A stretch of 64,000 bases of DNA, taken from NCBI RefSeq assembly GCF_036971445.1, contig NC_091471.1, positions 259,966,001 through 260,030,000 on the forward strand. Reading direction: 5' to 3'. The notes under the pieces are model-generated. The model did not search any database, had not been told where the DNA came from, and was given only the letters and a program-made list of their open reading frames with translations. Below, piece after piece: positions 24,892 through 37,829 of this stretch; the stretch's first letter is position 1; each line of letters opens with the position of its first letter. The stretch comes from Narcine bancroftii (lineage: Eukaryota). The position numbers were made by a program, and so were the translations under genes.

Positions 24892-25306
24892 TTTGGCTTG
24901 GCTTCGCAGACGAAGATTTATGGAGGGTTATGTCCACATCTGCTGCAGGCTCGATGGTGACTGACAAGTCCGATGCGGGACAGGCAGGCACGGTTGCAGC
25001 GGTTGCAAGAGAAAATTGGTTGGTTGGGGTTGGGTTTTTCTTCCTTTGTCTTTTGTCAGTGAGGTGGGCTCTGCGGTCTTCTTCAAAGGAGGTTGCAGCC
25101 CGCCGAACTGTGAGGCGCCAAGATGCACGGTTGGAGGCGATATCAGCCCACTGGCGGTGGTCAATGTGGCAGGCACCAAGAGATTTCTTTAGGCAGTCCT
25201 TGTACCTCTTCTTTGGTGCACCTCTGTCTTGGTGGCCAGTGGAGAGCTCGCCATATTTCACGATCTCCATTCTGGAGATGCGACTCACCCAGCACAGTTG
25301 GGTCTC
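24892..25306 (-). mobile_element. RTE-clade LINE 3' fragment
   Basis: YGELSTGHQDRGAPKKRYKDCLKKSL...; possible CAGCAC TSD. Confidence 0.9.
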
Positions 25307-25734
25307 CAGCACCACTACTATCGAGTTAATGGAGAGAGACCAGTATTATCTATATTTGTCAAACTGATCTCCAGATAGAGCTCATAACTGAAAACTTTTT
25401 TAAATTACTGGCTATTTTATTTTGTGAAAACTTTTAAAGTCTTGCTGTGCTGATGGACGTCTCAGTATTGGCTCAGAGCCCCAGCTACTTCTTCTAGATC
25501 CAGGTTCAGCCAGTTGAGATTTCCAAGGCTGGAAAACCTGATAGAGCAAGAATTGTCCATAAACAGTAGAGTCCAGCATTAAGCCCCAACACAATTTTTC
25601 AAAGTTAGATCCTCCCACCTGCAGTAGCCTCCCACATCAGCCATGACCACACCAAGTTATGACAGTTAAAGGAATCCTCATCTATCAAGAGGTTTGGGAG
25701 ATATTCTGATGGTGGCTGAGATTTTTTTTCATGA

Positions 25735-26305
25735 TCCACAAGTTCCACGTTTACCAACACAGGGATTGAATTTAGGACCAGGGAGGTTACACTGCAACTG
25801 TTCAAGTTACTGGTCAGCTCTGGTCTCCTTACTTGAGGAAGGACATTCTGGCCTTAGAGGCAGAGGAGGTTCATCAGGTTGATTCCAGGGATGAGGAGAG
25901 ATTGAGTCAACTTGGACCATATTCACAGCAATTTAGAAGAATGAGAGGAGATCTTACAGAAAAGCACAAAATCAAGAAAGGTAAACCCAAGATTAGAGAT
26001 TGGCAGGTTGTTTCCATTGATTGAGAACTAGGGGACAGAGCCTCAAGATTTAGGATGGAGATGAGGAGGAACTGCTTTTCCCAGAGGATGGTGAATCAAC
26101 GGAATTCCCTGCCTATTGAAGCATACAGGCTACCTTAGTGAATATATTTAAGACAAGACTTGATAGCTTTTCACATAGTCCGAAAATTAAAGGATATGAA
26201 GATAAGGCAGGTAGTCCATCATCAGATCAGCCATGATCTCACTGAATGGCTTGCAGGCTCGACGGGCTGGCTGGCCGACTCCTACTCTTATTTGTTATGT
26301 TCTAA
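25735..26305 (+). mobile_element. CR1 LINE 3' fragment
   Basis: RKDILALE..FRRMRGDL; shared 3' UTR (GATCAGCCATGATCTC). Confidence 0.75.
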
Positions 26306-28149
26306 CATTTTTTGAGATTTGTGCCAAAAGACTGTTAGGCAGCCAGGAATGCCCTATACCAGGGGAAAGAAGAGACCATGAATTTATAGACCTTTAGGCT
26401 TAACTCTGGGGCTATAACTGTAATAATGGCTGCAGTGTGTGCCACTGACAAGATGTGCTGCAGCATTTAGACGGCACCTCCCAAAACCATTTCATCATCA
26501 CCAAATGTCAAAATAAAAGCACTGCTGATGAGCCACACCACGCAGGCTCCAGTGACACACAAAAAGAAATGCTGGGAGCAGTCAAGCAGCACCGGTAGAA
26601 TGAACTAACGTTAATATTTTAGGTCAAAGACCCTTCCTCAGAGCTGAGAAAGAGAGAACATAAATTAGCCTGAGTGTCTCCAAAGACTCAAACTGGTTCT
26701 CTATCATCTTCCCACAGTCAATTAGGGGCGATCAAGAAATGGTAATCCAATTCCAAGATAGAAATTCACTCAAAGTCCTAAAATCCGGACTACTCAGGGA
26801 TTGGGTCATTCCAGATTTTTGGATTCTCAGGTTGTACTTTTAAAATTCAAATTTAAGGAGGAATAAAGAAGAGATGAACAGGTAAATTTTGATAGTTCAT
26901 TCATTAGCAAATACAGCACGTTTCATTTATCAAAATGAGCAGTTTTAAAGAAAAATAAAGTCAATAGCGTGGTCTTGTAGTATAATACAAGACATGTAGT
27001 ATAATGGATCATGATCATCAGGTGCCTCGCCGTTCACCATGGGCAATCATGTCTCTCCATCCATCATGATCTTTGACCCTCCGAATTGTAATTGTTGTCT
27101 CCACTGTTCTCCTTCGGTGAAGGCTCCATCTTTGAGCAGAGGCAGTAGTTGATGTTGAATTCATGATTATACAAGGGAAAAATACTGAAGTGGTTTCCTG
27201 TTGCCTCCATCAGTTTCAGTGTCCATACTGGATGGGTAACCCTGGCTATTAATCAGCAGATTCATCTGCCCAGCGTTTTTAGTTTTACAACCATAAATTC
27301 CAATTTGTAGAATCTGCTTGTAAAAAAACATCCACCATTTGCAATCTATGGCTTCCCATGACCCTGATTGGGAGGCTATACAGGTACTACACCTTGCCCA
27401 AGGATGACCTGTTGGCTATCAGATACTTTCTAAAAATTTTTCAAGGCCTGCTATCTATTCTACTACAAGGGAACGAATGGAGAGAAACAGAAGGGGCCAC
27501 TTGTCCACACATGTTATAAAACTAAGCAAGTTGAAAGTATGATTTGAAAAATTGAAAATGGCAATATTGGAAATACAATTACTTTAAACAATGACTGTTA
27601 AGGAAGACATCAAAAGAGGATTTGTGCAAGATGGTACATTCTGATATGAATCAGGAAACTAAATATTCTTTGCCTGCTCCAAATGATGTTTGACCAAGGT
27701 ACTGCATAACTAAAGCATAACTTTGGTAAACAAGAAATCTGCAGATGCTGAGAAATTGGAGGAACACAGGGAGTCAGGCAATAGATACCGTACATATGCT
27801 TGTAGTAGTCGACTTTGATGAACCAATTTTATGGGTGAAATTTAGGGGGTCAACTATTACACGCATACTGCTTTTGACTGTGGCAAGTACCTGAGTCGTT
27901 CAGGATGTCAGGAGCTCGGGTGGGCAGGCAGCCGGGGCATAGGTGAGAGTCTGCGGTCAGGGTGTTGGAGGCTTCAGAGTTTGGGCAGCAAGGGGCCTAG
28001 GTGAGAGTCTGCAGACGGGGCGTCGGGAGCTCCAGTGGGCAGGCGGGGCATCGGGAGCTCTGGAGGCCGGGCGGCAGGGGCCTGTAATCATATACATACA
28101 TGAATAGTTTAATTTCTCACATCTTTCCAAAGATGTGAACTGAAGAGAC

Positions 28150-31100
28150 TGGGGAAGAGGGAGTTGGCTCACAAATAGGGAAAGCTTGAAGACCATGTGT
28201 GAGGGAGGATAAGGCAGGTGATATGTCTATTTTAATGCAAGGAGTATTGAGAACAAAGCGAATGAGCTTAGAGCGTGGATCAGTACTTGGAGCTATGATG
28301 TGGTGGCCATTACAGAGACTTAGATGGTTCAGGGACAGGAATGGTTACTTCAAGTGCTGGGTTTTAGGTGTTTCAGAAAGGACAGGGAGGGAGGCAAAGG
28401 AGATGGGGACGTGGCACTGTCGATCAGAGATAGAGTCACAGCTGCAGAAAAGATGGACGTCATAGAGGGATTTTTCAAGGCCTGCTATCTATTCTACTAC
28501 AAGGGAACGAATGGAGGCCTCAAATTGGATAAAGTGCAAAAAGAAATTCATTATGATAGTCTTAGCGATAGTAAAAAAATGTATAATGTCAACTTGGAAA
28601 ATGGAAGAGAGCCTGAGAATACAGCAATGGTACATGGAAATTAATAAATGTATTCCATTGGAAAAAAACAACATAATTTAAAAAATAAAGTCACAATGTT
28701 TGAACAAATTTGGGAACCATACACGGAACATTTCAGAGAGAGCTTGCCTACGACCTCCATCCCCTAAAATGAGAATGAAAATGATAAGATGACAAAATTA
28801 CTAGATTCAGTGTGTAAGAAATAGATGATGCATTTTTCTCATTTATTTTCCTTTGTGTGAAGATATTGTTTTATGCTTTTATTGTATTGTATATGTTGAA
28901 TATTTATGGGTTTTGGAGGGGGGTGGGTAGAGGAGAGGGAGGGAAAGGGGGGAAAAAGGGGAAGACCCCTGTGTAAATTTAATGAGAAACGTTTGTACAT
29001 ATTTTGATTGATATGGTTTATAGTGTGAAAAATAAAAAATTATTTTTAAAAAAATGGAGGGATTGTCTACAGAGTCTCTGTGGGCGGAGATTAGGAGCAG
29101 GTAGATCTCAATAACTTCATTGGGTGTTTTTTTATAGGCCGCTCAATATGAACTGGGACATGGAGGAGCAGATCTGGAAACAGATCATGGAATGGTGTAA
29201 TAATGAGTTATTGTGATGGGAGATTTTAATTTCCTAAAAATTGATTGGCATCTCCATAGAGCAAGGGGTTTAGATGGGGTGGAGTTTGTTAGGTGTGTTC
29301 TAGAAGGTTTCTTGACACAATATGTAGGTGAGCCAACAAGAGGAGAGACTGTACTTGATTTGGAATTGGGAAATGAACCTGGGCAGGTGTCAGATCTCTC
29401 AGTTGGAGAGAATTTTGGTCATAATTCTATCTCCTTTACAATAGCATTGGACAGAGATGGGAACAGACAAGTTAGAAAAGCGTTTAAATGGAGTAAGGGG
29501 AATTATGAGGCAATCAGGCAGGAAATTGGGAAGAGGTTCTCAGGGAAAAGTACGGAAGAAATGTAGCAAACGTTCAGGGGATATTTATGTGAAGTTCTGC
29601 ATAGGTACGTTCCAATGAGGCAGGGAAGTTATGGTAGGGAACAGGAACCGTGGTGTACAAAGGCTGTAATAAATCTAGTCAAGAAGAAAAGAAAGGCTTA
29701 TAAAAGGTTCAGAGGTAATGTTAGAGATCTAGAAGATTATAAGGCTAACAGGAAAGATCTTAGAAAGGAAATTAGGAGAGCCATAAGGGGCCATGAGAAG
29801 GCCTTGGCGAGAAGAGGATAAGAAAGAATAGGATCTATCAAGTGTGACAATGGGAAAGTGAGTATGGAACTGGAGGAAATAGCAGAGGTACTTCACGCGG
29901 GCTTCAGTATCCACTTTGGAAAAGGATCTCGGTGATTGTGGAGATGTCTAGCAGAAGATTGAAAAGTTTGAGCATGGAGATATTAAGGGAGAGGATGTGC
30001 TGGAGTTTTTGGAAAGCATCAAGTTGGATAAGTCGCCAGGACCAGATACTGTGGGAGACGAAGGAGGAGATTGCTGAACCTCTTTGAAACATCACTGGAG
30101 ACGGGAGAGATTCCAGAGGATTGGAGGGTTGCAGATGTTGCTCCTTTGTTCAAGAAAGGGAATAGAGATAGCTCAAGAAATTATAGACCAGCGAGTCCTA
30201 CTTCAGTGGTTGGTAAGTTGATGGAGAAGATCTTGAGAGGCAGGATTTATGAACATTTAGAGAAGTTTAATATGATTAGAAATAGTCAGCTTGGCTTTCT
30301 CACGGGCAGGTTGTGCCTTTCAAGCCTGATTGAATTTTTTGAGGACGTGACTAAACACATTGATGAAGAAAGAGCACGAGATGTCGTGTATATGGATTTC
30401 AGCAAGGCATTTGATAAGGTTCCCCACGCAAGGCTTATTGAGAAAGTAAGAACTAGATTGCCCACAGAAGGCAAAGAGTGGTTGTGGATGGGCCACATTC
30501 TGCATGGAGGTTGGTGAACAGTGGTGTGCCTCAGGGATCTGTTCTGTGACCCTTACTCTTCGTGATTTTTCTAAATGACCTGGATGAGGAAGTGGAAGGA
30601 TGGGGTTAGTAATTTTGTGGATAACATCAAGGTTGGGGGTGTTGTGGATAGTGTGGAGGGCTGTCAGAGGCTGAGAAGTGGCAGATGGAGTTTGACCCAG
30701 ATAAGTGTGAAGTGGTTCATTTTGGTAGGTCAAATATGATGGCAGAATATAGTATTAATGGTAAGATCAGAGGGATCTTAGGGCAGTGTCCACAGGACAC
30801 ACAAAGCAGCTGCACAGGTTGACTCTGTGGTTAAGATGACAAACAGTGTATTGGTCTTTTCATTAATCGTGGAATTGAATTTAGGAGCTGAGAGGTAATG
30901 TCGCAGATTTATAGGACCTTGGTCAGACCCCACTTGTGCTCAATTCTGGTCGCCTCAGTACCGAAAGGATGTGGAAGCCATAGAAAGGATGCAGAGGAGC
31001 TTTACAAGGAAGTTGCCTGGAAAACAGGTTGAGTGAACTCAGCCTTTTCTCATTGGAGTGATGGAGGATAAGACGTGACATGATAGAGGTGTATAAGGTG

Positions 31101-31395
31101 ATGAGAGGCATTGATCGTGTGTTTTTGCTTTATTTATTTTACGCAGGGAGTAGGTACAGATGAGGTGTCAGGGTTTGTTTTTGCTTTATTTATTTTACGC
31201 AGAGAGTGGTGGGTGTGTGGATGGGCTGCCAGCAACGGTGGCGGAGATGAATACGATAGGGTCTTTTGAATAGGAACATAGGGCTTAGAAAAATAGAGGG
31301 TTATGGGTAAACCTAGTAATTTCTAAGGGAGGAACATGTTCAGCACAACTTTGTGGGCCGAAGGGCCTGTATTGTGCTGTATGCCTTCTATGTTT
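28150..31395 (+). mobile_element. Long decayed CR1 LINE (endonuclease and RT remnants)
   Basis: MGDFNF..IDW; PTRG..VLDL; IPEDWRVADVAPLFKKG..NYRP.S.TSVVGKLME; DVVYMDFSKAFDKVPH; many frameshifts. Confidence 0.92.
28473..29053 (+). mobile_element. L1-like LINE 3' fragment inserted into the CR1
   Basis: KKCIMSTWKME..LRIQQWYMEINKCIPLEK...FEQIWEP; A-rich tail; TSD ATAGAGGGATT (28462-28472) / ATGGAGGGATT (29054-29064). Confidence 0.8.
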
Positions 31396-32419
31396 AATTG
31401 TACCCTGTCCTTGCACACTCGCTGATTCAAAGTACACTACTTCAGAGTTCTCCACGTTGAACATACACTGACAAACTTAACCTCCAAGTTCACACTAAAA
31501 TAAAGAATTGTATGTCTAAATTTAAAAATTTTACAAAATTAAACTAGATGTGAAAGAACCTTCGTATTAAAATTACATTCATCACATTTGAATTAAGAGT
31601 TTACCACTGTAGCTGGTGTCTCAGTCACAGGGTGACATCTATCTGAGTTGTATCAGCACAAGTTTAAAATAATTTGGGATTTAAAAACAGTATCACACCT
31701 AAAGATACTTTTGCACTTAGGTTTTCTATAATCACTTCAGCAATCTTGAGATTCATTTCACTTAGTTCAGAGAAAGGAATAAACCACTAGTCTCCATCAG
31801 GTGCAAATATGCTGCTTCAGGAAGCCTCTGCAAACCAGGCTCCATCTCACAGACATGACACAGCTTATTTTTAAATACTTTCTGCATTGTAAAAAAAAAA
31901 TCAAATGAGTTTACATCAAATGAAAAAATGAGTGGTTCAGCATCATTTTTCTATGACATTTGGTGACTGATAAATCAGGAGAAATGGTCACGATTATTAA
32001 TAAACATTTGGTGATAAACATATTTTCAGGTTTATAATAATTAAAGGTAATTATTACTAATCTTGAATATATCTTGGTTAATTTAAAAACAAATTCTGTC
32101 CAACTGTTGTGGTTGATTGAAGACTTTGTGGTTATAATTCTTGAAAAAAACTTGCATAATTTCAAGACGGACCCCAAACAGAAAATGTGCTGCACCATTT
32201 ATTAAATGAATGGATCCAGAACAGTGCAAATGACTCACTGAACAAATGAGGAGTTCTTAACTCCAGGGAGGAAAGGATCACAAGCTATTATGCACTTAAA
32301 GTCACAGAACAGAAGCTCCTGGATGGCAGGAGAAGGAAATAGTGGAGGAAAAAAATTAAATGTCAGCGTCGCATTTATTAACTCCAAGACCAAGGATCAA
32401 AACATCCAGTATTGAACTG

Positions 32420-32650
32420 AAGTAAAACACAGAAGTCTGCAGACTGGAGAAACTCAGCAGGTCAAACAGTGTACTTTATATAGCAAAGTTACATAACTAA
32501 CGTTTCAGGCTTGATCCCCTCATCAAGGTATGAGCAAAATGTAGGCAGGCACCAGGTTCAAGCCCGAAACTCTGGTTATGAATCTTTATCTTTGCTATAT
32601 AAAGCCCGCTGTTGGACCTGCTGAGTTTCTGCAGCGTTGTGTTTTTGCAG
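32420..32650. mobile_element. Penelope-like palindromic terminal fragment
   Basis: CTGGAGAAACTCAGCAGGTC ... GACCTGCTGAGTTTCTGCAG inverted arms. Confidence 0.7.
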
Positions 32651-33499
32651 CATTTAAATGATTCAATAATTTATTGAATAAGAATTTATTCTGTCACTGC
32701 TCTGAGACCAACACAGTACTTGATTCAGACAGCAAGTCATCACTTCTTTACCACCAAGCAGAATAGCAAAATGAAAATTTGCAAGACACCACCACGCTGG
32801 CTCCAAGCAATCAATAGCAGTCAACAGAAGGACTTTGGAACAGCTGAAATGCATATAGCGGTTATCATATTGACACGACCATTCATTTTCATTCTCAGCA
32901 ACTGGTGAGTATTGAACACAGAGCAAAAATTAGATCAAACATAGACATTCAGGATCAAACTGTTCTTTAAATCCATTTAGTAACTATCTAACTGTAGATA
33001 AGGAAAAAGAATCAACAGCACAGATTGCACGTTAGCTTTTCTAACCGAGTAACTAGTGATTAAACATTGCTCTGAAATCGATGACGGGCTTCATAAACGA
33101 CAGCCGCTCACATCGCATTCTATTCCTGCTTCAGTCAGCATGTGTCTCACAGAATATGATTCTCAGAAGCCAGCAATGGATTAACAGATTCACTTAGGAG
33201 AATGTAAATCAGGAAATCAAGCCTGAAAATAGCTATTTGAACACAAACCAAGGCAAGTGGTGGGGGGGGGGGGGGGGGGGGGGGGAGGCGGTTATGACAA
33301 AAGGCCAAGGGAAATAAAATGTGGGTTACAGGAATTCAAGGAGGGTGACAGGATTGAGTGAGGAGAAACTGGTGCCAACAAGAAGGGATTGGTGGGAGGA
33401 GAGATGAGGCCAACAGAGAGGCTGACATGAAGAGCATTAAAAACTGAGAGGAGAGATTGGAGATGGCAGGGAATTTGTTGGGGGGGGGGGGTGGGGATA

Positions 33500-35720
33500 G
33501 CCTTGGCAGAAAAGAGGGGAGGGGTAAAGGAGGAGGATGGAACCGACAAATTGGGAGGGGAGGGGTAAATGAGGAGGTTAGAACAGACGGATTGGGAGTG
33601 GAGGGGGGAAATGAGGAGGTTGGAGCCAACATATTGGGAGGGGATGGGGGGGAAACGAGGTTGGAGCTGACGGATTGGGGGGGGGAAACGGGGAGGTTGG
33701 AGCCATCGGAAGGGGAGGGGTAAAGGAGGAGGTTAGAACAGATGGGGGGGGAATAAGGAGGTTGGAGCTGACGGATTGGGAGGGGAGAGGGAAACGAGGA
33801 GGTTGGAACCGACAGATTGGGATGGGGGGGAAAACGAGGAGGTTGGAGCTGACAGATTGGGGGGGAAACGAGGAGGTTGGAGCAGATGGATTGGGAGGGG
33901 AGGGGGGAAATGAGGAGCTTGGAGCCAACAGATGTGGGGGGAGGAATGAGGAGGTTGGATCTGACGGATTTGGAGGGGTGGGGGAAAGGAGAAGGTTGGA
34001 ACCAACGGATTGGGATGGGAGGGGGGAAACGAAGAGGTTGGAGCCAACAGATTGAGATGGGAGGGGGAAATGAGGAGGTTGGAGCCGACGGATTGGGATG
34101 GGGGGGGGAAATAAGGAGGTTGGAGCTGACAGATTGGGAGGGGAGGGGGAAACGAGGAGGTTGGAACCGACGGATTAGGATGGGGGGGGAAACGAGGAGG
34201 TTGGAGCCGACAAATTGGGAGGGGAGAGGGAAAGGAGGAGGTTGGAACCGACGGATTGGGATGGGGGGGGAAACGAGGAGGTTGGAGCCAACAAATTGGG
34301 AGGGGAGGGGGAAACAAGGAGGTTGGAACCGACGGATTGGGATGGGAGGGGGGGAAACGAGGAGGTTGGAGCCGACAGATTGGGATGGGAGGGGAAAACA
34401 AGGAGGTTGGAGCTGAAGGATTGGGAAGGGAGGGGGAATGAAGAGATTGGAACCGACATATTGGGACGGGGGGAAAACAGGGAGGTTGGAGCTGAAGGAT
34501 TGGGAGGGGAGGGGGGAAATGAGGAGCTTGGAGCAAATGGATTGGGGGGGGAAAACGAGAAGGTTGGAGCTGATGGATTGGGAGGGGAAGGGGGAAACGA
34601 GGAGGTTGGAGCTGACAGATTGGGATTGGGAGGGGAAAACGAGGAGGTTGGAACTGATGGATTCGGATGAGAGGAAGGAAACAAGGAGGTTGGAGCAAAT
34701 GGATTTGGGGGGAGATCAAGCAGGTTGGAGTTGATGGATTGGGAGGGGAGGGGGGAAATGAGGAGCTTGGAGCCAACAGATGGGGGGGAGGAATGAGGAG
34801 GTTGGAGCTGATGGATTTGGAGGGGTGGGGGAAAGGAGGAGGATGGAGCCGACAAATTGGGAGGGGAGGGGGAAACGAGGAGGTTGGAGCCGACGGATTG
34901 GGCGGGGAGGGAGAAACGAAGAGGATGGAGCCAACGGATTGGAAGGGGTGGGGTAAACGAAGAGGTTGGAGCCAACGGATTGGGAGGGGAAATGAGAAGG
35001 TTGGAGCCGACAGATTGGGAGGGGGAAATGAGGAGGTTGGAGCCGACGGATTGGGAGGGGGAAACAAGGAGGTTGGAGCCGACAAATTGGGAGAGGGAAA
35101 CAAGGAGGTTGGAGCCGACGGATTGGGAGGGGGAAACAAGGAGGTTGGAGCCGACGGATTGGGAGGCGAAATGAGGAGGTTGGAGCCGACGGATTGGGAG
35201 GGGGAAATGAGGAGGTTGGAGCTGACAGATTGGGAGGGGGAAAAAGAGAAGGTTGGAGCCGACAGGTTGGGAGGGGAAGGGGGAAATGAGGTGGTTGGAG
35301 CCGACAGATTGGGAGGGGAGGAAACAATGAGGTTGGAACTGACGGATTGGGAGGTGGAAAAGAGGAGGTGAGAACTGACGGATTGAGAGGTGGAAACGAG
35401 GAGGTTAGAACCGACTGATTGGGAGGGGGGGAAACAAGGAGGTTGGAGTTGACAGATTAGGAGAGGAGGGGGGGAAATGAGGAGCTTGGAGCCAACAAAT
35501 TGGGGGGGGGGAATGAGGAGGTTAGAACTGACGGATTGAGAGGGAGAAACGATGAGGTTAGAACCAACTGATTGGGAGGGGGGGGAAACAAGGAGATTGG
35601 ATTCGACAGATTTGGGAGAGGAAGGGGGAAATGAGGGGCTTGGAGCCAACAAATTGGGGGGGGGAAACGAGGAGTTTGGAACCGACGGAATTGGTGAGGA
35701 TGTTGGACCTGAACAGATAG
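33500..35720. repeat. Degenerate purine-rich ~40-45 bp minisatellite
   Basis: Consensus GAGGAGGTTGGAGCCGACGGATTGGGAGGGGAGGGGGAAAC repeated roughly 50 times with variation. Confidence 0.93.
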
Positions 35721-35760
35721 GAGGGTGGGGTTAGGAGTCAAGGAATGGAGGGAGAGGGGG

Positions 35761-37150
35761 ACGCGGTGGGGGGGAGGGGGACGCGGTGGGGGGGAGGGGG
35801 ACGCGGTGGGGGGGAGGGGGACGCGGTGGGGGGGAGGGGGACGCGGTGGGGGGGAGGGGGACGCGGTGGGGGGGAGGGGGACGCGGTGGGGGGGAGGGGG
35901 ACGCGGTGGGGGGGAGGGGGACGCGGTGGGGGGGAGGGGGACGCGGTGGGGGGGAGGGGGACGCGGTGGGGGGGAGGGGGACGCGGTGGGGGGGAGGGGG
36001 ACGCGGTGGGGGGGAGGGGGACGCGGTGGGGGGGAGGGGGACGCGGTGGGGGGGAGGGGGACGCGGTGGGGGGGAGGGGGACGCGGTGGGGGGGAGGGGG
36101 ACGCGGTGGGGGGGAGGGGGACGCGGTGGGGGGGAGGGGGACGCGGTGGGGGGGAGGGGGACGCGGTGGGGGGGAGGGGGACGCGGTGGGGGGGAGGGGG
36201 ACGCGGTGGGGGGGAGGGGGACGCGGTGGGGGGGAGGGGGACGCGGTGGGGGGGAGGGGGACGCGGTGGGGGGGAGGGGGACGCGGTGGGGGGGAGGGGG
36301 ACGCGGTGGGGGGGAGGGGGACGCGGTGGGGGGGAGGGGGACGCGGTGGGGGGGAGGGGGACGCGGTGGGGGGGAGGGGGACGCGGTGGGGGGGAGGGGG
36401 ACGCGGGGGGGAGAGGGGGACGCGGGGGGGAGAGGGGGACGCGGGGGGGAGAGGGGGACGCGGGGGGGAGAGGGGGACGCGGGGGGGAGAGGGGGACGCG
36501 GGGGGGAGAGGGGGACGCGGGGGGGAGAGGGGGACGCGGGGGGGGAGAGGGGGACGCGGGGGGGGAGAGGGGGACGCGGGGGGGGAGAGGGGGACGCGGG
36601 GGGGGAGAGGGGGACGCGGGGGGGGAGAGGGGGACGCGGGGGGGGAGAGGGGGACGCGGGGGGGGAGAGGGGGACGCGGGGGGGGAGAGGGGGACGCGGG
36701 GGGGGGAGAGGGGGACGCGGGGGGGGGAGAGGGGGACGCGGGGGGGGGAGAGGGGGACGCGGGGGTGGGAGAGGGGGACGCGGGGGGGAGAGGGGGGAGA
36801 GGGGGACGCGGGGGGGGAGAGGGGGACGCGGGGGGGAGAGGGGGACGCGGGGGGGGAGAGGGGGACGCGGGGGGGGAGAGGGGGACGCGGGGGGGGAGAG
36901 GGGGACGCGGGGGGGGAGAGGGGGACGCGGGGGGGGAGAGGGGGACGCGGGGGGGGAGAGGGGGACGCGGGGGGAGAGAGGGGGACGCGGGGGGGGAGAG
37001 GGGGACGCGGGGGGGGAGAGGGGGACGCGGGGGGGGGAGAGGGGGACGCGGGGGGGAGAGGGGGACGCGGGGGGGAGAGGGGGACGCGGGGGGGAGAGGG
37101 GGACGCGGGGGGGGAGAGGGGGACGCGGGGGGGAGGGGACGCGGGGGGGA
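35761..37150. repeat. G-rich 19-21 bp minisatellite
   Basis: 32 perfect copies of ACGCGGTGGGGGGGAGGGGG (35761-36400), then variants ACGC(G)nAGAGGGGG. Confidence 0.97.
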
Positions 37151-37399
37151 GGGGGCAGGGGGGGAGGGGGCGCGGGGAGGGGAGGGGAGGGGAGGGCGAG
37201 GGGAAGAGGGCCCTAAGGTGGGGAGTGGGGGCGGGCCCTAAGGTGGGGAGTGGGGGGCGGGCCCGATGTTGGGGCCCATCCCGATGGAGGAGGGGGGCCG
37301 GTCACGTTGGAGGGAGGGGGGTGGTGGGGCCGAGGGAGTAGTGGTGCCAAAGGGATGGCAATGCTGGGCACAGACGGAGAAGAGTGATTGGAACCGACC

Positions 37400-37800
37400 G
37401 GGAGAAGGTGGGAGGGGGGCGTGTAAGGGAAGCGGCGTCCAAACCCAGGTCGCCCCCTCGCCCCTGCCTCTCCGCTCCATCCTATCCCAGGCCCAAAGCC
37501 CCACTCTCACCCGCCGCTCCGACCCGGGACACCGCGCTCCCTCTCTCGGTTCCGGCTCCTTGGCCGCGGCGGCGCCCCGCTTCCGGTACGGCAAACTAAC
37601 CCTTCCGCGAGCTTGGGCTTCCACCAGCCAATCGGAACATGGAAACTGCTCGTCCCTTCCAGAATAAGGTTCGGAAGGCGGCCGGAGACACGCTGATGGT
37701 TCCTGTTGCGGGGTGATGAGGAGGCCTCGGCCTGCAGGGCGAGAGAAGGCGGGTTGTGTCTGGTCGGCACTCAGCGATGCTCCTTTCCCTGCCTATACCG
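37400..37800 (-). promoter_or_regulatory. CpG-island promoter of SIN3B
   Basis: High CpG density; ETS-type CCGGAAG (cttccgg 37580-37586); CCAAT at 37628. Confidence 0.65.
37511..37620 (-). other. SIN3B: Probable first (5' UTR) exon of SIN3B
   Basis: Lies in a CpG-rich island; donor CGG|GTGAGA at 37511/37510; the nearest promoter-like island upstream of the first coding exon. The 5' boundary is a guess. Confidence 0.55.
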
Positions 37801-37829
37801 TCCTATCAACAGATGAGAAACATGGGAGA

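Noticed and set aside
33500-36400. Possible CRISPR-like repeat-spacer array
   Set aside because: There are no unique spacers (between-core variation is G-run length), no cas genes, and the context is vertebrate
33336-37341. Long ORFs (up to 639 aa), extensin-like or RGG-like
   Set aside because: Open in multiple frames because of low-complexity tandem repeats; intronic; no evidence of coding
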